From the NCBI GenBank assembly GCA_019685575.1, contig JABFQO010000004.1, positions 66,927-130,926 of the forward strand: a stretch of 64,000 nt of DNA, written 5' to 3'. A program made the translations under genes and the position numbers. Below are positions 1 through 8,667 of the stretch, in pieces; the first letter of the stretch is position 1, and every line of letters starts with the position of its first letter. A model generated the notes under the pieces. The model was not told where the DNA came from and did not search any database. It worked only from the letters and a program-made list of their open reading frames with translations. The DNA comes from Candidatus Bathyarchaeota archaeon A05DMB-4 (lineage in GTDB: Archaea; Thermoproteota; Bathyarchaeia; Bathyarchaeales; SOJC01).

Positions 1-550
1 GAACATTGCGATGTACCTGTACACGTCAGTGCTAAGCGGCAATTTCGTAACTACAGACATCACAGTACTTGCATTCTACGGGCAATACAATGCACTCGTA
101 TTCAACGGCTTTTACTGGCAACTTCTAACGGCGATGTTCGTTCATGTCAACATCGTACATCTTGCCAGCAACATGCTTTTCCTTTTCATTTTCGGCTTAA
201 GGGCAGAAGAACTGTTTTCCACGGTTGAGTATTATTCGATTTATTTTGCGTCGGGGTTGGCTGGTAATCTGTTGAGTTTGGTTGCGGGGCCCGAGTTTTT
301 GTCCGCCGGGGCGTCCGGGGCAATTTTTGGAGTTTTTGGCGCAAACATTATTTTTTTGCGAAGGGCGGTTAGACAGCCCATTATTATTTCATTGATGTAT
401 GCATTCATGTTTTTTATCCTGAGCAGTTTATCGCCTGGTACCAATTTTCTTGCGCATTTAGGTGGGTTAGTAGCAGGTTTGGGGCTTGGTTACGTGTTTG
501 CAGGAACAAGAAAATTCTTCAGAGTTAAGTACGAGGTTAGGGCAACGTGA
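1..550 (+). CDS. Rhomboid-family intramembrane serine protease (5' end probably outside window)
   Basis: Rhomboid TM2 motif FNGFYWQLLTAMFVHVNIVHLASNM, catalytic GASGAIFG (GxSG) and downstream AHLGG His. The frame is open to the window edge and only about 5 TM helices are present. Confidence 0.7.
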   Translation, partial: NIAMYLYTSVLSGNFVTTDITVLAFYGQYNALVFNGFYWQLLTAMFVHVNIVHLASNMLFLFIFGLRAEELFSTVEYYSIYFASGLAGNLLSLVAGPEFLSAGASGAIFGVFGANIIFLRRAVRQPIIISLMYAFMFFILSSLSPGTNFLAHLGGLVAGLGLGYVFAGTRKFFRVKYEVRAT

Positions 551-1244
551 ATGCTTCTATTTTGACTTTGTAACCGTCTTTTAGTTTAAGTTGCTGTCTT
601 AGAAAATTTGGGGCAATAATTTCTACGACAGAATCGTCGTAATGAGTACGCATAGCGAACAAAATGGCACCTTTAGCCTTATTATTTATAATAATAGGGT
701 AGCATTTCACTGGTCCATAAGTGCGGTTTTCATTTTGGAATCCTTGGATTTCGATGGCGGGGTAGGCTTCGAGTTCATGGCGGGCTTTTATGTCGTAATC
801 GCTGGTGAGTTTGACATTAAGTGTGCCAGGGTAAGGGTCGTAACCGAGTTTTTCGATGAATTGTTTGCGGTATTTGTCTTTCGTGACGTAATATGCGCCT
901 TCACCGATGCCCGTGAACACCGTGCCTTCAAGCGTGACGGACGCTGGGTACTTGGCTTCCATTAACATTTTCAAGTTTGCGTGCAGTGCGCCAAGTTGAG
1001 CGATGCCTGTTTCTGAGATTTTGATTAGGCATCCTTCGGGTGTGATGGTGCGTTTTATCCATCCTTTGCGTTCAAGTTGTATGAGGTAGCGGCTGGCGGT
1101 TTGTTGGCTGGTGTTCATTTTTTGGGCGAGGTATTCCGTGCTGGTTTTTATGGTTCTTTGGTGGGCGCCCATTTCTGCGAGTTTGTATAGTACGTATAGG
1201 TGTTTCCAGTGGTTGCCGTTGATGGGTGGGGCGCTCATGGTCAT
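537..1244 (-). CDS. ribK: CTP-dependent riboflavin kinase (archaeal RibK) with N-terminal winged-HTH domain
   Basis: N-terminal HTH-like region (YLAQKMNTSQQTASRYLIQLERKGWI) followed by an MJ0056-type riboflavin kinase core (GTVFTGIGEGAYYV...YPGTLNV). Confidence 0.75.
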   Translation of the reverse strand: MTMSAPPINGNHWKHLYVLYKLAEMGAHQRTIKTSTEYLAQKMNTSQQTASRYLIQLERKGWIKRTITPEGCLIKISETGIAQLGALHANLKMLMEAKYPASVTLEGTVFTGIGEGAYYVTKDKYRKQFIEKLGYDPYPGTLNVKLTSDYDIKARHELEAYPAIEIQGFQNENRTYGPVKCYPIIINNKAKGAILFAMRTHYDDSVVEIIAPNFLRQQLKLKDGYKVKIEAFTLP

Positions 1245-1292
1245 TCGTTGTCGCCTAGTTAGGAGAGTTTTCGCTGTGTTATATAAGTAACG

Positions 1293-1820
1293 CTAAGAAC
1301 TGAAAGTCGCGGTGTCTGAATGGTTTTGGTAGGTGATTAGGTATTCTTTTGCGAATTCGTTTGCGTTTTTCTCGGTGCCTCGGTGCTTGGCGTTGGTTGT
1401 TCTGAGGTGATGGTAGAATTCGTGAAGGATTATGTAGGGGTTGTTGAGGATGTCGTGATGAGCGATGTGGATGGTTTTGTTTTTAGGAACGTAGCAGGCT
1501 TGGTGTTTTGTGTCGCGTTTTGGCATGCCGATTTCAAGTTTCACTGTGGAAACATGGTAGTGTTGGCACAGCAGTTCTAAGGCTTTTTCTGCTTGATTGT
1601 TTAGAATTAGTTTTACTATTTTTGTTTTGAACAGTTTCTCGTTGTCAATTGGTGTGTTCAACGTTCTGCCTCTTGGAGTATTGGCTATGTTGAGTTGGAA
1701 GGTTTTGAATAGTTTTTTCTGTTTGAGCGCTTCTCTCTCCTCGTCTACTATACGATCTAAATTGGTTCCAAACATGAATAGTTTCTTGGTGGTTTTGTGC
1801 GGTGTGAAATGGTTTTTCAA
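1293..1820 (-). CDS. Hypothetical HExxH zinc metallohydrolase (YgjP/DUF45- or SprT-like)
   Basis: ILHEFYHH HExxH motif near the C-terminus. No other recognisable domain. Immediately downstream of Pop5. Confidence 0.35.
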   Translation of the reverse strand: MKNHFTPHKTTKKLFMFGTNLDRIVDEEREALKQKKLFKTFQLNIANTPRGRTLNTPIDNEKLFKTKIVKLILNNQAEKALELLCQHYHVSTVKLEIGMPKRDTKHQACYVPKNKTIHIAHHDILNNPYIILHEFYHHLRTTNAKHRGTEKNANEFAKEYLITYQNHSDTATFSS

Positions 1821-1822
1821 GT

Positions 1823-2152
1823 TTATTTGTTTGTGTGAGGAAGGTTTTTATGTAATGATTTTAATGTCCCCGACGCTCTTATTACATGCACTGCTGCTGG
1901 TTTGGTGTCAATTTCTGTTATAGACGTCAAGGATGCCCGTATGATTTCTGTTGCCACGTTTGCGCATCTTAATATGGCGCGGTTTTTATTCGCGTCGTAC
2001 TCGACCACGACAAGACCTGTTTTGCTAGCGCCGTATTCGCCGAAGAGTCGTGAAATCGTGTTCCAGACTGTTTGTTTGAATTCTTTCTCGTCAATCGGCT
2101 GTGTGCTTTCGATTTTTATTGCTAGATAGCGTTGTCGAGTCATTCTTCGCAA
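1823..2152 (-). CDS. rnp2: Ribonuclease P protein component 2 (Pop5/Rnp2)
   Basis: 109 aa. Aligns with archaeal Pop5 (RYLAIKIES..., AILRCANVATEII, VIRASGTLKSL). Overlaps the Rpp30 gene, as in conserved rnp3-rnp2 operons. Confidence 0.8.
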   Translation of the reverse strand: MRRMTRQRYLAIKIESTQPIDEKEFKQTVWNTISRLFGEYGASKTGLVVVEYDANKNRAILRCANVATEIIRASLTSITEIDTKPAAVHVIRASGTLKSLHKNLPHTNK

Positions 2153-2901
2153 TCTTTTCCCCTCTGTATTATGCGTATTCCCGGCGCTACAAATTTTGGG
2201 TTTAGTTTTGCTCTGTTTCGCTTAATTATAGTTAAAGGGTTCGTTGAAAGAGCATCTAATGCCCTAGGTAAAGGCATGTCGAAAAGAAGACCGACTGCTG
2301 CAAAGTCTCGAGGTGTCCGCATAGAAAACTCTCCTGAAGCACCGCTGGAAAAAACCACTGGCACAGAAAACTTATCAGCCAGCGCCACTTCCCTTCGCAA
2401 ACTGGACAACAAACGGACTCGCTCAAAACTCGACGCCGAAATGATAGAGAACAAGTCAACCTCGAACGAAGCTAACGCGTTTGCTGCAAGTTCCGCTTCG
2501 GCGGCGTCGAAAAACCGTTTCTTAACATCTATAGAAGGAAATGATATGAGGTCCACACGTCTGTCCTTTGCTGCTTGTCTTGCAACGGCCTTGGACAAAC
2601 ACAAGACAGATATCACTTCAAACTTTCGACGAAAACGCCTAAGCAACATAAGCAGTTCATTTGCGCTTTTGGGGACAAAGTCCGCACGAGTCACAAAATC
2701 GATGTCAACCGAGTCGCAAAGGTGTTGCAGTTTAGAAACTGTTTCGTTAGAAGTATGTGGGGGCAAAGGAACCCCCACCCCTGAATAGCCCAGTTTCGAA
2801 GCCCTATTGATTATTCTTTCGGCTAGACCAAAATCTTCCAGCGGCACGCGCAAGTGAAGGTCGTAGAATTTTTTCATGAGATTATCCCAAGTTCGCGGCA
2901 T
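2140..2901 (-). CDS. rnp3: Ribonuclease P protein component 3 (Rpp30/Rnp3), PHP/TIM-barrel
   Basis: 253 aa. Rpp30-like TIM-barrel pattern. Immediately upstream of and overlapping Pop5. Confidence 0.7.
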   Translation of the reverse strand: MPRTWDNLMKKFYDLHLRVPLEDFGLAERIINRASKLGYSGVGVPLPPHTSNETVSKLQHLCDSVDIDFVTRADFVPKSANELLMLLRRFRRKFEVISVLCLSKAVARQAAKDRRVDLISFPSIDVKKRFFDAAEAELAANALASFEVDLFSIISASSFERVRLLSSLRREVALADKFSVPVVFSSGASGEFSMRTPRDFAAVGLLFDMPLPRALDALSTNPLTIIKRNRAKLNPKFVAPGIRIIQRGKDCEE

Positions 2902-3317
2902 GTTTCGGTTATGTCTTGTTTTTTGAAGCGTATGCGCACGTGTATCGGGTCAGCTTGGGCGAGTTTGAACTCGTTATTGAAAGCGGCTTGCTTGTCGAGT
3001 CGAACGTACAGGCTTCCCTTTTCAGTATATGTAGTTATGCTTCTGCGTAAATTTTCTTTATCCAACGTGTTTAGGTTAGAAGAAAACTTTTCAACAATTC
3101 TCCCCAGGATCTTCTTGTCTTTTATGCGGGTTTCAAAAAAAGTTATAGGGTTTCCATGGTGACCACGCGTGTCGTGTTTTTCGAAGGCTATTTCCTCAGC
3201 GAACTCGGAAGGTAATATCTTTTTGACTGCTTCCATCACTTTGTTTTCGTCTTCTGTTGCGTGGCTGAACACGCGGATGTCGATGTAAGATATCAGATTT
3301 TGCCCCAAACACGCCAC
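2874..3317 (-). CDS. Conserved archaeal protein, predicted RNA-binding (UPF0201/DUF54-like, exosome/RNase P superoperon neighbourhood)
   Basis: 147 aa. Lies between L13e-like and Rpp30 in a superoperon-like array. Assignment rests on context and a weak recollection of the family. Confidence 0.3.
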   Translation of the reverse strand: MACLGQNLISYIDIRVFSHATEDENKVMEAVKKILPSEFAEEIAFEKHDTRGHHGNPITFFETRIKDKKILGRIVEKFSSNLNTLDKENLRRSITTYTEKGSLYVRLDKQAAFNNEFKLAQADPIHVRIRFKKQDITETCRELGIIS

Positions 3318-3326
3318 AACCGTAGT

Positions 3327-3551
3327 TTATTCTGTGGTTCTTTTAGGTTTCTCGACCGTCTCCAAGTATTCTTTGAGTCTTTCAACGTTTTCTTCATGTA
3401 ATGTTTTTCTGCGCAAATCAACCGGAATCCTCAACCGCGAAGCCTTCGCGTAATCCAACGCGACTCTCCTTAACTCTTCTCGGCTAAAGCCTCGCCCTTT
3501 CCTTGGCTTGCCGTTTTTCTTAAACACAACAGCATAAACTCTCATCCGCAT
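3327..3551 (-). CDS. rpl13e: 50S ribosomal protein L13e (probable)
   Basis: 74-aa basic protein (GKPRKGRGFSREELRRV...RIPVDLRRKT) resembling archaeal L13e. Adjacent to L15e. Confidence 0.5.
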   Translation of the reverse strand: MRMRVYAVVFKKNGKPRKGRGFSREELRRVALDYAKASRLRIPVDLRRKTLHEENVERLKEYLETVEKPKRTTE

Positions 3552-3643
3552 TCACCACAACATTCCTTAGAACCCCTTACAATTAATAAATCTACTTTCT
3601 CATGTACGTCGCGTTAAGAACGGAAAAGCATAAGACAACGGGA

Positions 3644-4240
3644 TTATTGTTTTCTACGCTCTTTTCTTCTCCAAACCGCCTTGCGGCTCGGCCTTACTTT
3701 TTCTGCTCCGCGTCCTCTACGCCTCAGAGCACGCATCTCCTTGCCCGCGCTGGTTAAGCCTCGGAAGACTCGACGTTTGTTAGGGTTTTCACATATCCAG
3801 TTGATATCATCATCTGCTTTGATGACTGGGCTTGCCGTGTCAACCATGATAACCTCGTACCATTTGTGCCGTCCGTCTTGCCAAACCCAATAGGAATTCA
3901 GCACTTCTAAGTTTGGGAACTTCCGTGCGGCTCTTTCCTCGGCGATAAGTTGTAGGCTCTTGGCTACTTTGAATTTTTTGACGCCCATCCGTTTCTGTCG
4001 TCTTCCCGCTCTCGGCCTAGTCTTCCTCATCCCGCCTCTGCGTACACGCACCCTAGCAACAACAAACCCTTGCTTAGCCTTGTATCCAAGTTTACGCGCA
4101 CGATCTATCCGTGTAGGCTTGTCTATCCTCATAATCGTCGGTTGTTTACGCCACTCAATGAGGCGTTGCTGCATCAACCCCTTCACAAATGAGGATTCAG
4201 GCTTTTGCCATGCTTCTGAAAGATGTTTGTACATGCTCAT
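3644..4240 (-). CDS. rpl15e: 50S ribosomal protein L15e
   Basis: 198 aa. Highly basic, with the characteristic L15e regions ([41 protein letters not shown]). Confidence 0.9.
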   Translation of the reverse strand: MSMYKHLSEAWQKPESSFVKGLMQQRLIEWRKQPTIMRIDKPTRIDRARKLGYKAKQGFVVARVRVRRGGMRKTRPRAGRRQKRMGVKKFKVAKSLQLIAEERAARKFPNLEVLNSYWVWQDGRHKWYEVIMVDTASPVIKADDDINWICENPNKRRVFRGLTSAGKEMRALRRRGRGAEKVRPSRKAVWRRKERRKQ

Positions 4241-4388
4241 TTCGATAGTTCTCCACTTGTTTGCGGTTCAACCATTTACTGGTCACATCCCTGCGGATTG
4301 TCTCCGCCCGCAAATCGCACTATTCAACCATTCATTGGCTAATAAATCTTTTTCGTAGAAAAACTAGGTAACCTCTTTAGGCTCGTGG

Positions 4389-5063
4389 TTATTTGCTTGC
4401 CAATTCAGCCTTTTTCACAAGCAAATATCCGCTTTGTCCTTTCCAGATTCTCTCAGTTTCTAACAGTTTTATTTTCTTCTTAAAAAACGGCGCATCCAGA
4501 ACCAGTGATTCGTACTCTCCACCCTCGCCCACTAAGGAAATTCCATATTTCTTGTTCAACTGAATGAGAGCATCGACGGTTTCTTGCGTGAACCTCCTCC
4601 CCAACCACGATGAATCAAAACCATAAGCATACACGCCCACGATGAGGGCTTCGAATTTTTCCTTAATGATTTCCCGCAACAGTTCAAGCGAATCCTCGCG
4701 CCAAAGCGGACTAATAGACACCAAGTGCAATTCATTACAGGTTTTGTCTATTCGCGTTTTTTGGTATTCTGAAGAAACCGCGCCAGTAACTACGCCATCT
4801 ATGTCAAGTTTTTCCAAAAGACGCTTCAGGTCTTCCAACTCAGATTCCCTAAGCCCGCTTGTTTCAGACTTCACCAAAGTAATCCCTGCCGCCTTAGCAA
4901 ACAAGTCCACCACGTGAATGTTGGGATAATGAAACATCCAACTGTCTTCGCGTCTTGGAACCATAGCGACCAAGAATTTCACGTCATAACCGTCACGCAA
5001 AGCACGGTGAAGCGCCAACGCCGAATCTTTTCCACCGCTTATTAAAGCCGCGACGCGCAACAT
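4389..5063 (-). CDS. dph6: Diphthine--ammonia ligase (Dph6, MJ0570-family PP-loop ATPase)
   Basis: N-terminal SGGKDS PP-loop and the MJ0570 family pattern. Confidence 0.7.
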   Translation of the reverse strand: MLRVAALISGGKDSALALHRALRDGYDVKFLVAMVPRREDSWMFHYPNIHVVDLFAKAAGITLVKSETSGLRESELEDLKRLLEKLDIDGVVTGAVSSEYQKTRIDKTCNELHLVSISPLWREDSLELLREIIKEKFEALIVGVYAYGFDSSWLGRRFTQETVDALIQLNKKYGISLVGEGGEYESLVLDAPFFKKKIKLLETERIWKGQSGYLLVKKAELASK

Positions 5064-5075
5064 AAGACACTCTCT

Positions 5076-5855
5076 TTATTGCCTCTTTTGGGCAACGCTG
5101 ATTTTCTTTGAGGAATCCCACAAATATTGAAAGTAGTCTCGAGCAAATTTTACCAATCCAACATGGTTGCTCCAAATCACCAAACTCGGCTTGTCTTCGC
5201 CAAGCATCAACAAAGCCTCTTTCCCATCGCATATTACTCCGCCTCCAAACATACTACTCCTGACCCGCACATCAGCGATATAACTCAATTCCGCAACATC
5301 CCAGTCTTTTTCGGTGCCTGCTGCCATGAAAAGAACTCTGATGTTTTTTTCGCGTAGTCCCTTCAAGAAATTTGCAAAAACACTTGAAAAGGGCTTTGCG
5401 AAGAGGGGTGCTGCAATCATTATTTCGTTTTTCACGGTGCTAACCATTTCTTGCAATTTTGCCAGAACATTCAATTCTCCGCGGAGTATCCATATGTCGG
5501 GTTTTTCGCGGATTTCTCGTTTTTCAAAGAGGGGTTGCAGTTCGGTGGCGATGGTTTTTTCCCAGTTGCCGAGTTTTTCTTCAAACTGCAGTTTTGTCAT
5601 GGCTAGGGCTTCGATGGGTGATTTTGGAAAGTATTTGCTTGGGCGACCATGCTCGGCTTCTATCCAGCCTTTTTTTTCCAGCGCGTTTAGTGTTTCGTAG
5701 ATTTTAGAGTAAGGCACGTTTGATTGCTCGCTTACTTCGCTGGCAGTAAGCATTCCGCCTTGTAAGAGGGCGAGGTAGGTTTCAGTTTCGTATTCTGTCA
5801 ATCCCAATTCGCGCAACACGCGACGTGCAGCATCGCCTACAATCACACTTTTCAC
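5076..5855 (-). CDS. TrmB-family transcriptional regulator (HTH plus C-terminal sensor domain)
   Basis: TrmB-type wHTH (TEYETETYLALLQGGMLTASEVSEQSNVPYSKIYETLNALEKKGWI). Start reassigned to GTG at 5855. The longer track ORF (to 6218) has a Cys/Arg-rich non-protein-like N-terminus and overlaps the divergent radical SAM gene. Confidence 0.6.
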   Translation of the reverse strand: MKSVIVGDAARRVLRELGLTEYETETYLALLQGGMLTASEVSEQSNVPYSKIYETLNALEKKGWIEAEHGRPSKYFPKSPIEALAMTKLQFEEKLGNWEKTIATELQPLFEKREIREKPDIWILRGELNVLAKLQEMVSTVKNEIMIAAPLFAKPFSSVFANFLKGLREKNIRVLFMAAGTEKDWDVAELSYIADVRVRSSMFGGGVICDGKEALLMLGEDKPSLVIWSNHVGLVKFARDYFQYLWDSSKKISVAQKRQ

Positions 5856-5926
5856 CTTCGGAAAGGTTTGGAAACCTTCATATACCCAAAAGATGAGCAC
5901 CTTAGAATATAAACTTACAACTCGCA

Positions 5927-7426
5927 GTGGTGAATAAAACGCAAACAATAAAACAAACTCAATCCATCTGTCCCGAATGCTACAAGGTCTTGGACGCGAC
6001 GATCTTTGAAAAGGACGGCAAGGTGTACATAAAGAAAGAATGCCCCGAGCACGGTGAGTACACCGAGCTTTACTGGAGCGATTACGAACAATACAAACGA
6101 GCGGAAGAATACCGCAGAGACGGCGCAGGACTAAACAACCCGCGCACAAAAACCGAAAAAGGCTGCCCCTACGACTGCGGTATTTGCCCCAACCACAAGA
6201 GTCACACGGCGCTGGCAATAATTGACGTAACGAACCGTTGCAACCTTCGCTGCCCAGTGTGCTTTGCTAACGCCGCGGCCAGCGGCATAGTTTACGAGCC
6301 TTCTAAGGAAGAAGTCAAAGCGATGCTGGAAAACCTAAGGCGAAACGACCCGGTTCCAGCCACGGCGTTGCAGTTTAGCGGCGGGGAACCGACGATTAGG
6401 GAGGATTTGCCTGAACTTGTCCGCATGGCGAAGGAACTTGGCTTTCGTCACGTCGAGGTCAACACCAACGGGATCATGTTGGCTAAAGGCGTTGATTACT
6501 GTAAATCGCTTGTTGATGCTGGAGTGAGTACAATCTATTTGCAGTTTGACGGTTTAACCTCCAACATTTACAAGTTTACTCGTGGAAGAGACTTGCTCGA
6601 CGTGAAAATGAAGGCTATCGAAAACTGCCGAAAAGCGGGTTTGGACAGCATAGTGCTCGTTGTGACGCTTATTAAGGGTGTTAACGACCATCAGATCGGC
6701 GACATTATCCGTTTTGCGGTGCAGAATTTTGACGTGGTAAGATGCATCAACGTCCAGCCTGTTTCAATATGCGGGCGAATCCCCGAGGAAGAAAGAGAAA
6801 AAATGCGCATAACAATTCCCGACTTTATGAAACTCTGCGAGGAACAAACCGATGGTAAAGTCAAAGTTTCCGACTTTTACCCAGTGCCCACCGTGGTTCC
6901 GATTTCGCAAGCAGTCGGTGCGTTGAAACACAAACGGTACGTGGAATTCACGACGCATCCGCACTGTGGCATGGCGACGTACCTTTTTATCGAGGATGGC
7001 CAGATAGTTCCCATCACTCGGTACGGCGACGTTGAAAAATTCATGAAAGCCATGGATAAAGTGTACCGAGAAGCATCAAAAGGGCACACCAAACGCGCAA
7101 AACTTCGCCTACTCGGCGCCGTTCGCCATGTAAAATTTAGTTTACTCAGAAAGTATCTTTGGCCAGTTTTAACAAAGGGAACATATGAAGCCTTGGGCGA
7201 TTTACAGAGAAAATCCATACTGCTTTCGTCCATGCATTTTATGGATCCATATAACTTCGACCTTGAAAGAATCCAAAGGTGCTGTATACATTATGCGATA
7301 CCGGATGGCAGAATTATACCTTTCTGCACCATGAATTCGCTTCACAGAGAAAAAATCGAGAAACAACTCGGAACACCCGTAAAAGAATGGCAAAAGAAAC
7401 ACAAAGCCATAACCGTTGCAGTGTAA
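5927..7426 (+). CDS. Radical SAM protein with N-terminal zinc-ribbon/rubredoxin-like Cys motifs (possible Tes/GDGT-MAS-like)
   Basis: CNLRCPVCF (Cx3Cx2C) radical SAM motif preceded by CPECY...CPEHG and a second CPYDCGIC Cys cluster. 499 aa. Confidence 0.6.
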   Translation: MVNKTQTIKQTQSICPECYKVLDATIFEKDGKVYIKKECPEHGEYTELYWSDYEQYKRAEEYRRDGAGLNNPRTKTEKGCPYDCGICPNHKSHTALAIIDVTNRCNLRCPVCFANAAASGIVYEPSKEEVKAMLENLRRNDPVPATALQFSGGEPTIREDLPELVRMAKELGFRHVEVNTNGIMLAKGVDYCKSLVDAGVSTIYLQFDGLTSNIYKFTRGRDLLDVKMKAIENCRKAGLDSIVLVVTLIKGVNDHQIGDIIRFAVQNFDVVRCINVQPVSICGRIPEEEREKMRITIPDFMKLCEEQTDGKVKVSDFYPVPTVVPISQAVGALKHKRYVEFTTHPHCGMATYLFIEDGQIVPITRYGDVEKFMKAMDKVYREASKGHTKRAKLRLLGAVRHVKFSLLRKYLWPVLTKGTYEALGDLQRKSILLSSMHFMDPYNFDLERIQRCCIHYAIPDGRIIPFCTMNSLHREKIEKQLGTPVKEWQKKHKAITVAV

Positions 7427-7487
7427 TATAAAAAAAGAAAAACTATAAACACTCCACTATTCTTTTTAGCCTAAAGAGGCAACAACT

Positions 7488-7808
7488 ATGGGCGGTGGAA
7501 AAAAGAAACAAACTCTTTCGCAGATAGAAAAGGCTCAAGAGAAAAAACCAGAGAAAAAGAAAGAAACAAAATCAGCCGGAATGGGCACGGAAAAGAAGGC
7601 GCCGGCCGTAGTCGTACCCGACTTGAAAAGCGAGAAAATCGTCGAGGAAGTCAAAAGGTTGAAGGTACTTACGCCCTACACTGTGGCGTCACGTTTCAAC
7701 CTGCGTCTTAGTGTTGCGAAGGATTTTTTGGAAGAACTGGAAAAGAAAGGCGCCATACGCATGGTCTCGAGAAGCAGAAACGTCACCATATACAAATCCT
7801 TAGACTAG
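7488..7808 (+). CDS. rps25e: 30S ribosomal protein S25e
   Basis: Lys-rich N-terminus and C-terminal winged helix (LTPYTVASRFNLRLSVAKDFLEELEKKGAIRMVS). Confidence 0.75.
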   Translation: MGGGKKKQTLSQIEKAQEKKPEKKKETKSAGMGTEKKAPAVVVPDLKSEKIVEEVKRLKVLTPYTVASRFNLRLSVAKDFLEELEKKGAIRMVSRSRNVTIYKSLD

Positions 7809-7869
7809 TTTTTGAGTTTAACAACGCAGTTATGCATCAACTCTGCGAAGACAAAGAAGGAAAATCGCG

Positions 7870-8343
7870 ATGAGTTTCCCGAAAAGAGTCTACACCGTAG
7901 ATGAAGTGCAAAAAGCCCGTGCGCTGATTGAAAAAGGTTGGAAGCACCGCTTACAAATAAAGGGAAGTAGTGAATTCAAGCATAAAGTGAAAGAAGCGTT
8001 GGCTTTAATCGAGACCGCAGGGTACTATGATTTCCTTAGAACCTACATACGGGAAATAGTGGAGATCGAGGGCTTCAGTCAACTCCGAGAGGCAGAAGTG
8101 GCGATATGGGTTGACAAGGTAACTTTATCAGACGTTATAGACGCGGCGAGTCTTTTTATTCAAAAAGCCCAACAAATGAAGGATTTTCTTGAAGGGCGAC
8201 TTTATTATGGGCAAGGCGAAACATGCGCCGTCAAGACGCGTTTAGAATTTTTGGAAGCATTGAAGAGGCGAGCCGAAAACGACAACGTCAGAAAACGTTG
8301 CGAAGAAAAATTGAAAAACTGGGCAGAAAGCACGTTCTTCTGA
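7870..8343 (+). CDS. Hypothetical protein
   Basis: 157-aa ORF with good coding character and no recognisable motif. Convergent with the KaiC/MEDS operon. Confidence 0.4.
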   Translation: MSFPKRVYTVDEVQKARALIEKGWKHRLQIKGSSEFKHKVKEALALIETAGYYDFLRTYIREIVEIEGFSQLREAEVAIWVDKVTLSDVIDAASLFIQKAQQMKDFLEGRLYYGQGETCAVKTRLEFLEALKRRAENDNVRKRCEEKLKNWAESTFF

Positions 8344-8346
8344 GAA

Positions 8347-8667
8347 TCAACTTATTCTGAAACTGTTTCTCAACTGCATGATAGAACTCTTAAAATCCGT
8401 TTCTTCATCAGGCTTGTACTTACATTCTAAGGCGGAACATAGTTTCTCGAGAATTACTTTTTCCACCGTAAAAGCGCCCGTGCTGAGGAACTTCCGTAAC
8501 CCCTCTTCGAAAACGTCTATTTTTTCAGGTAGTTCCTCACGGTTAAGCGTATAATTACTTTCCAGAAACGCGTAAATGGCTGAGGCAGCGTTTTCCGTGA
8601 ATATTTCTTTCAACGAGGTGTCTATGGTTTTTAACAAGAGTTTGTCAAAATTGTTTTCTTTTCTCAT
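8347..8667 (-). CDS. Small hypothetical protein, translationally coupled to the upstream MEDS membrane protein
   Basis: 106 aa. ATGA start/stop overlap with 8664..10562. Acidic, predicted cytoplasmic. Confidence 0.4.
   Translation of the reverse strand: MRKENNFDKLLLKTIDTSLKEIFTENAASAIYAFLESNYTLNREELPEKIDVFEEGLRKFLSTGAFTVEKVILEKLCSALECKYKPDEETDFKSSIMQLRNSFRIS

Noticed and set aside
2132-2788. 218-aa plus-strand ORF
   Set aside because: It is antisense to the Rpp30 gene. Its Ser/Ala-rich composition is an artefact of the complementary frame.
5856-6218. Long N-terminal extension of the TrmB-regulator ORF in the track (5076..6218)
   Set aside because: The extension is Cys/Arg-rich and non-protein-like, and it overlaps the divergent radical SAM gene start at 5927. 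An in-frame GTG at 5855 gives a canonical TrmB N-terminus.
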